Source: Leptonemataceae bacterium | Lineage (GTDB): Bacteria > Spirochaetota > Leptospiria > Leptospirales > Leptonemataceae | DNA length: 64,000 bases | NCBI GenBank assembly: GCA_965227295.1 | Contig: OZ245742.1 | Location: forward strand, 2,144,001 to 2,208,000 | Reading direction: 5' to 3' | Part shown: piece by piece, positions 40,449-49,569 of the stretch | Position numbering within the stretch: position 1 is the first letter of the stretch | Layout: each line of letters begins with the position of its first letter | Made by a program: the position numbers and the translations under genes | The notes under the pieces: generated by a model | Told to the model about the DNA's origin: nothing | What the model saw: only the letters and a program-made list of their open reading frames with translations | Databases searched by the model: none

Positions 40449-40483
40449 GCTCTGATTTTACGATATTTCCGGCCGTGAGCGCA

Positions 40484-40501
40484 ATCCCAAAAACGTGGGG
40501 T
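40484..40501 (-). promoter_or_regulatory. Palindromic activator-box candidate upstream of RR2
   Basis: ATCCCAA-AAAC-GTGGGGT; TAAAAT 23 nt downstream on the minus strand, GTG start 6 nt later. Confidence 0.65.
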
Positions 40502-40518
40502 TTTTCGGTTCGGTGGTT

Positions 40519-40600
40519 CGCGCCGGTTGGTTCCCCACCGAGTAGCCCGACCGCCCCGCAGGGGCGGGGCGGGGCGGCACCCTTCCAATCGCTAACGCAA
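40519..40600. repeat. REP-like element
   Basis: CCGCCCC-GCA-GGGGCGG hairpin; 40519-40541 matches 44582-44604 in reverse at 20/23 nt. Confidence 0.45.
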
Positions 40601-40618
40601 GAATTGCGGGTTCAAAGT

Positions 40619-43600
40619 TTACCCCTCTTTCAACGGGATGCGCAGCGTAATCCGAATATCCCTGCCAGGGCCTTCTTCCGCGGTCCCGGCCAGGCCGGCT
40701 GTCGTCAGCACCGGAGCCAGGGACATTTGTACCGTTCCGCCAATTTCTGACAGTCGCCGCACGATGCCCGCCGTCCCGCGTCCGGCGCCGTGGCGTTCCA
40801 GTCGATAAAACGACAGGCTTCTAAAATCGAGGCGCAATCCTTCCATGCTGGCGGCATCCGCACTCCAGGATAGCGACCAGGTCGCGGTGCCGCGGCCGTA
40901 CTTCAGATCGTTCGTTACGATTTCCCGGATCACGGAGTACAACGCCGCCGTACGTCCGGCGCCCAAACGGCGTTGCAATTCGCCGCGGCCTGCTTCGGGC
41001 GCCGTGAAGTCGACTTCCCTTCCCGCTTCGACGTAGCGCCGCAGTACGATCATGTTCAAGCCGCCGATCAAATTTTCTTCGAGCAGGTCAAGATCTTCCA
41101 AACCCAGCAAATCCGCGCGCAACTCCCCGACGGCGCGACCGACCATGGATTGCAGTCGTGCCACGAACGGTTCCGCGACTCCGGGATTGTCCTGCGCCGA
41201 TTTGCTCAGGAAGTGCAGATCGGTCAACGTGGCGCCCAGGTGATCGTGGAGATCGGAGATGATCCGTGCGCGTTCCTGACGCGCGGCCGTACGCCGGGAC
41301 GTCGCCAGCGAGAGCAGGTTCCGCACGCGCAGCAGAAACTCCTCGCGCTCGAAGGGTTTCGTGAGGTAATCGTTGGCGCCGGATTCGAGCGCGGCCATGA
41401 GATCGTCGGTTTGCGTGCGCGCGGTGACCATAAGAATCGGCAAGGCGGTGAGCGAGTGTCGCTCTCGTAACTCGCGGGCCAGTTCCAGGCCGGAGACGTG
41501 CGGCATCATGATGTCGAGTACCACGAGGTCCGGCGCGGCGTTGTCGCTCATGTACTTGCGTGCTTCGGCGACACTTCCGGTCGGCACCGCGGTGTAGCCT
41601 TCCAGTTCGAGCGTGGATTGCATTACTTCCAGGTTCACCGGCTCATCGTCTACAAGTAGAATGACTGTCGTGCGCTCCGTTGCAGCGCTGTTGCGAATTG
41701 TTTGTTCAATGGGATGTGCCGTGTCTGCCTTTACCGGGATCGGAGTCGGGATATCCGCATACGTTTCGCGGTCCGATGCCTGCGCAAGCGAGTCGTTGTC
41801 CGCCACGGGCAAACGGAAGGCGAACCGCGATCCCGTTCCAGCCCGGGACTCCACTTCGATGTCGCTGCCATGCAGGCGCACGAGGCGCCGCGAGATCGCG
41901 AGGCCGAGTCCCGTACCGCCCCGGCGCGCGCCGTCGTCGAGCTGATGAAAGGTTTCGAAGATGTCCGCCTGATCACTTTGCGCGATGCCGATGCCGGTAT
42001 CCTGTACATAAACTTCAATTGCTTCGCCCTTAAGGATTGCGCCCACACGCACGTTCCCGCTGTCGGTGTAGCGGACGGCGTTGCCCACCAGGTTGTGCAG
42101 GATTTGTTCGAGCCGGGCTTCATCGGCGAGCACGGGCGGCAGTTCATCGGGGACCTCGTTGCGTAATTCCAGGCCTTTCGTTCGCGCGCCGGCCGCCACG
42201 AGCGCGAGCACCACATCCGCACTCGTACGCAGATGCACCGCGCGTCGATGCAGCGTGATGTCGTCGTTGCGCAGTTTCTCGAAATCGAGAATGTCGTTTA
42301 CCAGATGCGCCAGGCGCCGACCGCTGCGAGCGATGAGGCCGAGCTGTGCGACAATGCGTTCTTCGTCGTAACGATGCAAACCGGCGCTCAGGCTTTCGGC
42401 GAGACCGATGATGCCGTGCAGTGGTGTGCGCAGTTCATGGGAGGTGTTTGCCAGGAAGGCGTCTTTGAGTGCGTTGATGCGACGCAGATCGTCGGCGGAA
42501 CGTTGCTCGGCCTGCCGGGCCTCGATTTCTTTCGCCAGCGCAAGCTTTTGCGCCGCCTCGCGTTCGTCGCGAATGACATTGATGCTGTCGGCAAGACCCA
42601 GGCCGAAGACGACGACGGACGCCGCGTAACCGATGCTCACGGTGTTGGTCGTGACCACGTTCGTGGGCAGGAAACCCGCCGTTTGAATCGAAACCATCGC
42701 CACGCCGCCGATCAACAGTGAGAAGGCCAAAAGATAGTAGCGAGCGGTGCGTACCCCCCGGTACAGCGCGACCCCGCAAACGAGAAAGAAAAACAAACAC
42801 GTCGGCGAGATGAGCGCGATGATTACGAGAAAACTATGGCTGTGCCGGCCGAAGACGGTAAACAGCAGCACTCCGGCCCACAGCACGAAACAGATCTGCG
42901 CGGCGAAGTCCAGCCGCGGCATGCTCTCGCGCATGTTCAGGTAACTGCGCATGAACGGGAAGTGCACCAGGAAAGTGAGACAGATCGAAGCCGGCCGGCT
43001 CCAGTTGGCCAGGGCCGGTGCATTCGGCCACAGTAAGAGCGGCGCGAATCCGGAGTAGGTGAGGAACCACAGCACGCCGCTCGCCACGAACAAGAGAAAG
43101 TGCCAGTATGCTCGTTCGCGCAGGGACAGACCCACTAACAAATTGTAAAAGAACATTACGAAGAGCACGCCGAGGATGAGCCCGTCGAACAGATTGCGTT
43201 CCAGGTCCGCCTGCACGAAGGACTCGTAGTCCCACAAAGTCAGCGGAGTGGCCCGATGCAGGCCGTCGTGGGCCTGGAGCCGCAGAAAGACGGTGCGCTC
43301 CGTCCGCGGCGGAAGATGCAGGGAAAACACGAAGTACCGGTGGCGGATCTCCCGCGTATCTACGGGGCGTCGGTCGCCGGTGAGGGTCTTGCGAAACTCA
43401 CCGTTCGCTTGTTCGATGTAGACGTCGACGTAGTCCGGAAAGGCGGAGGCGAGTTCCAGGGCCATGTGACGGTTCGAGCCGCCGGGGTTGCGGACTTGCC
43501 ATTGGACCCACCAGGCCGAATCGGAGAACGCGAAGTTCAGCACGGGCTTGCGACTCAGGTGCCACTCGTTTTGCGAGTACCGGCGCACGTCTTCGAAGCT

Positions 43601-43774
43601 TAAGTTCCGGGAAGGATCTTCTAAGATCGAAACGTGCGGGCCGAGATTGTATCCGGTGTGTTCGGGCTGGAGGACGAGGGGCCCCGCGGTTAACGACCCG
43701 GCCGAAACAAGCAGCGTGATCCAGAGAAGGCAGCACAGCAGTCCGCAGGGTCGTAAGATACGTCGTCGCTGCAC
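40619..43774 (-). CDS. Hybrid sensor kinase HK2: 7TMR-DISMED2 + 7TM + HisKA + HATPase + REC + HisKA_3/HATPase-like
   Basis: EDPS..LSF, NFAFSDSAWW, GDRRP (DISMED2); FYNL 7TM; SHELRTP; LDIMMP; DLHDHLGA. Start uncertain (43774-43864). Confidence 0.92.
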   Translation of the reverse strand: MQRRRILRPCGLLCCLLWITLLVSAGSLTAGPLVLQPEHTGYNLGPHVSILEDPSRNLSFEDVRRYSQNEWHLSRKPVLNFAFSDSAWWVQWQVRNPGGSNRHMALELASAFPDYVDVYIEQANGEFRKTLTGDRRPVDTREIRHRYFVFSLHLPPRTERTVFLRLQAHDGLHRATPLTLWDYESFVQADLERNLFDGLILGVLFVMFFYNLLVGLSLRERAYWHFLLFVASGVLWFLTYSGFAPLLLWPNAPALANWSRPASICLTFLVHFPFMRSYLNMRESMPRLDFAAQICFVLWAGVLLFTVFGRHSHSFLVIIALISPTCLFFFLVCGVALYRGVRTARYYLLAFSLLIGGVAMVSIQTAGFLPTNVVTTNTVSIGYAASVVVFGLGLADSINVIRDEREAAQKLALAKEIEARQAEQRSADDLRRINALKDAFLANTSHELRTPLHGIIGLAESLSAGLHRYDEERIVAQLGLIARSGRRLAHLVNDILDFEKLRNDDITLHRRAVHLRTSADVVLALVAAGARTKGLELRNEVPDELPPVLADEARLEQILHNLVGNAVRYTDSGNVRVGAILKGEAIEVYVQDTGIGIAQSDQADIFETFHQLDDGARRGGTGLGLAISRRLVRLHGSDIEVESRAGTGSRFAFRLPVADNDSLAQASDRETYADIPTPIPVKADTAHPIEQTIRNSAATERTTVILLVDDEPVNLEVMQSTLELEGYTAVPTGSVAEARKYMSDNAAPDLVVLDIMMPHVSGLELARELRERHSLTALPILMVTARTQTDDLMAALESGANDYLTKPFEREEFLLRVRNLLSLATSRRTAARQERARIISDLHDHLGATLTDLHFLSKSAQDNPGVAEPFVARLQSMVGRAVGELRADLLGLEDLDLLEENLIGGLNMIVLRRYVEAGREVDFTAPEAGRGELQRRLGAGRTAALYSVIREIVTNDLKYGRGTATWSLSWSADAASMEGLRLDFRSLSFYRLERHGAGRGTAGIVRRLSEIGGTVQMSLAPVLTTAGLAGTAEEGPGRDIRITLRIPLKEG

Positions 43775-43983
43775 GGGGAAATACTGGCGGCATTGCTTCC
43801 GGTTGTAAAGCCGAATGGGGAATTCGTCCCATTCGCACTGCCGGGCTGCATTCGGAGGGCACAATTGCCGAGAATCAGGGTAGGCCGCGGGGTTCTGTCC
43901 GCCGAAAGAGAATGATTGTTCAGCGTGCCAGTGCGGTGCAAAAAAGGATAGCCTTAGTGAAGTATAACCCTACCGTGACTGGA

Positions 43984-44385
43984 ATGATCCCGGAAGAACA
44001 GCCGATTCGCGTCCTGGTGGCCGAATCCAATTCCATCAGCACGGGCTATCTTCAGCTCGTCCTGCGTCAGGGCGGGCATACCGTGCAAACAGCGAAGACC
44101 GGATCGGGGGCCGTGCGTCTCTTCCAGAGTTTCCGTCCGGACCTGGTGCTCATCGACACGGCCTTCTCCGAGTCCGGCGGCTTCGCCGTCCTGCGTCGCC
44201 TGGCACGCATGGCGCCGGATCTCAAAGTCGAGCCGCAGTTCATTGTGCTGACCACGGAAGAGCGGCGCTACGAACGCGAACAGGCCGCTGCCGCCGGCGC
44301 CGCGGATTATCTCGTGAAACCCGTCCCGCCCACGGCGCTCCTCAAGCGCATTCGGGAAGTTGTGTCGACCGCCCCGGTGGCGTGA
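43984..44385 (+). CDS. Single-domain response regulator (REC only)
   Basis: VLVAE, PDLVLID, VLTT, GAADYLVKP. Confidence 0.85.
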   Translation: MIPEEQPIRVLVAESNSISTGYLQLVLRQGGHTVQTAKTGSGAVRLFQSFRPDLVLIDTAFSESGGFAVLRRLARMAPDLKVEPQFIVLTTEERRYEREQAAAAGAADYLVKPVPPTALLKRIREVVSTAPVA

Positions 44386-44405
44386 ATCTGAGACGCAACA
44401 TAGAT

Positions 44406-46925
44406 TGTGGTTCGCGGCGTTTACCGTGAGACATACAAGGTAAGTTGCGCAATCGTGAAAGGATTTTTTTGGCTACAGCGAAGCGGGAGCCTTAATCTCG
44501 CTTCAGCGAGATTAAGGGATAAGCCGGGGCCTGTCCGACTTCAGAAATGTTGTGGATTTTCGTTTTGTTAAGAACGCTGCGTCAGTGGGGAACCAACTGC
44601 CGCGGCCCCAACAAGCGGGGCCTTGCCGACACCGGACGCTGGACTGCGACTCTGCTCCCGCAGCGTTTCTTACGAAGAAGACGCCGCTCCGGTGCGCCTT
44701 CGCTTGCTGGATTTTTACGATGACGACGCCGTTCCGGTCCGCCTTACCACTCTCCCCGGCATGACCTCCGTTCGTTAGCTGGAACCAGCTGTAACCATAT
44801 TCTTCCTAATACACGTTTCCGGTAGTTCAAGAGCTGTGGTTCGCGGCGATTGCCGTGAGACACATAAGGTAAGTTGCGCAATGGTTAAGGGTTTGATTTG
44901 GCTACGGCTGAGCGGGAGTTGTGGTGATTCGTTTTGTTAAGAATGCTGTGTTCGACCCGGGCGTCGGTTTGTGACTCAGCTATCGCAGCGGTTCTTACGA
45001 AGAAGACGCCGTTCCGGTGCGCCTTACCACATTCCCCGGCACAACCTCCGTTCATCTGCTGGAACCAGCCGTACCCAAAAAAGTTTTAATGTACACTGAC
45101 CGCCACTTACACCACGATTCGGGGCGTGTTTGGATGTATACACGTTTCCGGTAGTTCAAGAGCTGTGGTTCGCGGCGATTGCCGTGAGACACATAAGGTA
45201 AGTTGCGCAATGGTTAAGGGGTTGATTTGGCTACGGTCCGCAGGAGTTGTGGAATTTCGTTTTGTTAAGACAGTCCGCCTCGACCCGGACGTCGGTGTGC
45301 GACTCAGCTACCGCAGCGTTTCTTAAGGCGAAGACGCCGTTCCAATCTTAATCGCACGTCCCGTTGCTCACTCCCGTGATGTTGTACTTCGTTTGAAAGT
45401 AACACTCCAGGTTCTCGCGCTGCGCGCTGTCCGTGCCGTTGAAGATGATGATCTCGGCGTATTCGGTGATGGTGTGCTGGACGTCGCTGCCGCCGGCCCA
45501 GCGGGCGCCGATGATCAGGCCGATCGGATCGAGGGACGTGAGGTCGCTGTAAATATCAGAAGCAACCTGCGTGCCGTTTCCGTAGATTGTGCCCGTACCG
45601 CCGCCGAAGCTGAGAGCGACGACCCGCTCTCCGGTCGGGGTGTTGTTCATTTCCGTTGCGATGAAGACGTTCCCACCGGGTTGGCGTTCCGCGACGAGGT
45701 CGCCGCTGGTTCCGTTGCGATAACGCAGGGCAATCGCGTCGCTGCTGTTATGGTCCGCGCCCGTGGACGGACGAAACGAAACGAGACCGCCGCCGGTTCC
45801 GCCGTCGATGAGACGCACCGCCACCACGATCGTAAAGTCCGTGAGCGACCAGACCGTGCCGGTGCTGTTCAGTAAAAAATCGTCCATGCCGTCGGAGCGA
45901 ATGACGGGCAGACCGTTCAGGGAATCGCTGATGAGTTGCGGCTGGAGCGTGACGCTGCCCTGGGCTAAGTCACGTCCGTTAGAAGTTTGATCGGACCAGT
46001 TAGAAACGCCCGTGGCGACCGTCACGCCTTTTGCGGCGTCCAGCCACAGCTCGAGGTTGCTGCTGTCGGCGGGGCCGGTGCAGGTTACGCCGACATTATT
46101 TACGGCCACGCCGGCGATGTTTCCCGTGCCGTTGCTGATCGCGCAGAACTCCACGGGATTCGCGGGCGCCGTTTGTACGCTGACGCTGTAACTGGAGCCG
46201 TCGGCGAGGCCGGTGGGAAAGACGAAGCTGCCGCTCGCATTTACGGTGACGGTCTCGCTGCCGTTCAGGGAAAGCACCAGGCCGGTTCCATCGAGGCCGC
46301 TGACCGTGCCGCCCACGGTGAGTCCGTTGTCGGTGAGTGTGCCGCGACCCAGGGCGGCCAGGAGCAACAGTGCGCTGCTGTCGTCGTTACCGGAACTGCC
46401 GGAGTAGGACTGGAACAACGGATGGGTCCAGCAACTGGAAAGTAGCGGGAGCAGCAGCAGGGCCATGAGCTTGCGCGGAGCCGACATGGTGAACAAGGGT
46501 TCGCGAGAATGTCCGAGCGGCCAAGGGATATTTTCGAGTCGGTCGCGGAAAGATGGCGCCGGTGCTTTGTTAAGTTCATGTTAGGATGGCATCCTATGAA
46601 GACGGCGTTCCGGTCCGCCTTACCACGTTCCCCGACACAACCTCCGTACGTCGGCTGGAACCAGTCGTGCCCATGCTCTTCTTAATGCGAATTCAGAATG
46701 ACTTAATGCGAGAATCAGCGCGTGCACGAATCAACAAAACATTGGCCTTAATTAAAGAACCGCGATTCGGAAGGTTGGCCGTGAGAAATATGCAGTAAGT
46801 TGCGGAATGGTGAAGGGATTAATTTGGCTACGGCTTAGCGGGAGTTGTGGATTTTCGTTTTGTTAAGATTGCTGGAGTCGACCCGGACGTCGGTTTGTGA
46901 CTCCGTGTACGGTGACGGGTTCTCA
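44406..46925. repeat. Array of four non-coding repeat units (~330-400 bp) each built on a long imperfect hairpin; third unit interrupted by a gene, fourth truncated
   Basis: Units start near 44406, 44809, 45138 and 46778; shared CCGTGAGA...GTAAGTTGCG...TTTGGCTAC...GTTGTGG...TTCGTTTTGTTAAGA; 83 bp identical between 44809-44891 and 45138-45220. Confidence 0.9.
45348..46487 (-). CDS. Lipoprotein with Ig-like domain and LamG/ConA-like domain
   Basis: LSSC lipobox; 'TVGGTVSGL.G.GLVL..N...F.FPT.L..GSSYSVSV..P...C' Ig-like; 'LWLDA...W.D.....L.Q...P...LNGLP...DG.DD' LamG-like. Confidence 0.8.
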   Translation of the reverse strand: MSAPRKLMALLLLPLLSSCWTHPLFQSYSGSSGNDDSSALLLLAALGRGTLTDNGLTVGGTVSGLDGTGLVLSLNGSETVTVNASGSFVFPTGLADGSSYSVSVQTAPANPVEFCAISNGTGNIAGVAVNNVGVTCTGPADSSNLELWLDAAKGVTVATGVSNWSDQTSNGRDLAQGSVTLQPQLISDSLNGLPVIRSDGMDDFLLNSTGTVWSLTDFTIVVAVRLIDGGTGGGLVSFRPSTGADHNSSDAIALRYRNGTSGDLVAERQPGGNVFIATEMNNTPTGERVVALSFGGGTGTIYGNGTQVASDIYSDLTSLDPIGLIIGARWAGGSDVQHTITEYAEIIIFNGTDSAQRENLECYFQTKYNITGVSNGTCD

Positions 46926-47003
46926 ACGGCCGGCCTGCACAGAATTTTGTGTGCCTTCGCTTTCGTGAGAACCGTGCCGGATTCTCCACGTCTAAAGTAT
47001 CGC

Positions 47004-47975
47004 ATGCGTCTTTCGATTCTCCTGTCGCTCGTCTCGCTCCTTACCTGCACGCCGACATCGACGTCCCCGGTCGAAGCACCGCGCCGGCTCATGGGCGAGG
47101 TCCCCGCGGATACGGACACCGTGATTCAGTATGCCGGTGAGGTTCTCTCCCGGGAATCGTACGATCAGCGACTCGCCGCCGAGGAGCGTGCCTTTCTTGC
47201 GAAGTTAAGTACGAATCATAAAAACTTAACGTTTCGCACGCGCCGGCAAAAGTACTTTCACATTGCCTACCGCACGGACGAAGCGCGGATGAATCATCTC
47301 GCCCGTTATCTTGAAGAATTTTATCGCCAGGTTTACCCGCTTTATTTTATCTATGAATCGTCCCGGCCCGTGCGCCTGGTCTACTATCGCACCAAGGCCG
47401 AGTTTCAGGAACACACCGGCTCCCCCGCATACGGTTTCTATCGCCGCGCGGAGCATACGTTGTATACGTACGCGAACTCCGGTCACGGGACGCTGTGGCA
47501 CGAGTTGATCCATGCGTTCCTGCGCGAGAACGAGGTGAGCGACTACGATCCGCAGTGGTTCCACGAAGGGTTTGCCTCGTTTTACGAGATGGCGTTCCTG
47601 ACACAGACGGCCAGTGGTCCGCTGGTTGTTGCCGGTTATGCGAACTGGCGGCTGCCCGCCTGGCAGCGTAATCTGCGCCGGGGCGCCGTGGCCCCGCTCC
47701 GGGAGGCCCTGCTGCGCGCTAAACTTGCGCCGGATTACGATTACGCTGCGGCGCGCTTTCTCTTCTGCTACTTGTGGACGCGCGGCAAGATGCAGCCGTT
47801 CGTCCGCGCGGTGGTGTATGATCTCATGCCCCGCTACGAGGGCGTAGAGTTGCGTGAGCAGATGTTAGTGAAACTCGAAAATATCACCGGCGAGTCCGTT
47901 GAAGAAATCGAAGCGAACGTGCGTGCGCTGGCGTTGCGAACGCGTAAAAATGAGAAGTTGCGGCGGGAATTGTGA
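47004..47975 (+). CDS. Secreted zinc metallopeptidase-like protein (gluzincin, peptidase MA-like)
   Basis: Signal peptide; HELIH plus WFHEGFA. Confidence 0.75.
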   Translation: MRLSILLSLVSLLTCTPTSTSPVEAPRRLMGEVPADTDTVIQYAGEVLSRESYDQRLAAEERAFLAKLSTNHKNLTFRTRRQKYFHIAYRTDEARMNHLARYLEEFYRQVYPLYFIYESSRPVRLVYYRTKAEFQEHTGSPAYGFYRRAEHTLYTYANSGHGTLWHELIHAFLRENEVSDYDPQWFHEGFASFYEMAFLTQTASGPLVVAGYANWRLPAWQRNLRRGAVAPLREALLRAKLAPDYDYAAARFLFCYLWTRGKMQPFVRAVVYDLMPRYEGVELREQMLVKLENITGESVEEIEANVRALALRTRKNEKLRREL

Positions 47976-48114
47976 ATATGAATGATTGCATGAAAATGTA
48001 TGGAAGCTGTGCGCGGCAAATCATGCAGCGTTGTCCGGGATGCGTTGTCCGGAACGGATATTCACCGTTTGATTAATCTTGACAATATGCGGGGTATACT
48101 ATAAAAAATTGAGT

Positions 48115-49470
48115 ATGTTGGCGGCGCGTCGTCTTTGTTCAAGGGGTCTTACCCGCTGTGTCGGTTTGATCGGGCTGTGCTTCGGGGTCGCGTGTTTGCA
48201 GACCTCGTCGTCGTCGACGGACATCACGACGCCGGAGGGGCTGTTGCTGCAATCTCAGTTGCTGTGCGCGTCGGACGGCTCCACATGCGCGGCTGCGAGC
48301 ACAAGCGGTGATGCCTCGGACTCCGATCCCGGCTCGGGCGATTCCGGCGGCGGCGGCGGTGGAGCCACGGTGGACGTGGTGTATCTGGGCGGTACTTTTA
48401 CGACGTACGACGGAACGGCGAGCGTTCGGTACGTGGCGCTGAATCCGGCCACGGGGGCCATCTTGCAAACGACGAACGGGACCGGTTTCGCGCAGACGGT
48501 GGAGTCCATCGTGCCGCTGGGCGACGGCACCGGCCGGGTCTACGCGGGCGGCCTCTTCGCGGACTACAACGGCGGCGGCGGTTTCGGCGTCGCCCGTCTG
48601 AACAGCGACGGGACGCGGGATACCACCTTTGCCGTGGGCACCGGCTTCAACAACACGGTCAACGAAATCGCGCTGGCCACCGACGGCTCGGGGGACCTCT
48701 ACGCTACCGGGGCGTTTACAAATTTCGACGGAGCCGCCACTTCTCGCGCCGGACGCATCAACTCGGACGGCACGAAGGACACCGCGTTCACCGGCGCTCC
48801 CACGTTCACCGCCAACGCGCTGGCGCCGGCCACGGACGGCTCCGGCGACGTGTACTTCGGCGGCGGCTTTACGTTCATCAGCGGGATGGCCAGCAACTAC
48901 ATTGCCCGCCTGAACTCGGACGGCACGTACGACACCGGCTTCAACGTCGGCACGGGGATCGATAACAGCGTCGTTCGTACGGTGGCGGTGGCGACGGACG
49001 GTACGAACGACGTCTACGTCGGCGGTCTCTTCGCGACCTACAACGGCAACGCCTCCGCGAATCTCGTGCGCATTAATTCGGACGGTTCGTTCGATGCCGG
49101 TTTCAGCACCGGCACGGGACCCAATCAGCTCGTGTGGGACATTACACCCGCTAACGACGGCTCAGGAGATGTTTACATCGGCGGCAACTTCACGGACTAC
49201 AACGGGACGCCGATCAATCGCATCGCACGCATCAATTCCGACGGTTCCCTCGATACCGGCTTCAATCCCGGAACGGGCGCGGACAACGACGTCCTGGTCA
49301 TCCAGGTGGTGCCGGACGGCTCGGGCGACATATTTGTCGGCGGCCAGTTCGCGAACTTCGACGGCACGGCGACGAGTCGCATCATCCGGCTGAATTCCGA
49401 CGGCAGCCGCGACACCGGCTTCGTCGTGGGCACCGGTGCCGTGGGCGACGTCGAGGCGATTGCGTTTTGA
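48115..49470 (+). CDS. Lipoprotein with delta-60 (DUF5122) repeats
   Basis: GVAC lipobox; repeated YVGG.F..YNG....I.R.NSDG..DT.F..GTG; TTGACA at 48079 upstream. Confidence 0.85.
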   Translation: MLAARRLCSRGLTRCVGLIGLCFGVACLQTSSSSTDITTPEGLLLQSQLLCASDGSTCAAASTSGDASDSDPGSGDSGGGGGGATVDVVYLGGTFTTYDGTASVRYVALNPATGAILQTTNGTGFAQTVESIVPLGDGTGRVYAGGLFADYNGGGGFGVARLNSDGTRDTTFAVGTGFNNTVNEIALATDGSGDLYATGAFTNFDGAATSRAGRINSDGTKDTAFTGAPTFTANALAPATDGSGDVYFGGGFTFISGMASNYIARLNSDGTYDTGFNVGTGIDNSVVRTVAVATDGTNDVYVGGLFATYNGNASANLVRINSDGSFDAGFSTGTGPNQLVWDITPANDGSGDVYIGGNFTDYNGTPINRIARINSDGSLDTGFNPGTGADNDVLVIQVVPDGSGDIFVGGQFANFDGTATSRIIRLNSDGSRDTGFVVGTGAVGDVEAIAF

Positions 49471-49569
49471 TCGACGCCGAGGCGAAAGTCTTCGGCGTTG
49501 AGTAAATGTGAGTTGCTTTCAGAATCTGCCCGGAAACATTTGCTGCCGAATGTGATCCGGGAGATTCGT

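Noticed and set aside
44858..44883. Xer dif-like look (TTGCGCA...TTATGT on the minus strand)
   Set aside because: Arm spacing is 2 nt too short and the XerD arm does not match
44899..45077. Integron attC, tRNA or tmRNA interpretation (GTTAAG sites; minus strand ends in CCA)
   Set aside because: GTT precedes rather than follows the AAC-like site, there is no RYYYAAC/GTTRRRY pair, and no cloverleaf or T-loop
44552..46798. Short ORFs 44552-44764, 45126-45326 and 46586-46798
   Set aside because: They lie in the repeats, and frames are not conserved between copies
44406..46925. CRISPR array interpretation of the repeats
   Set aside because: Units are hundreds of bp, there are no short identical repeats with unique spacers, and no cas genes
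48028..48052. Direct repeat GCGTTGTCCGG x2 upstream of the delta-60 gene
   Set aside because: Only two copies and no further support for a regulatory role
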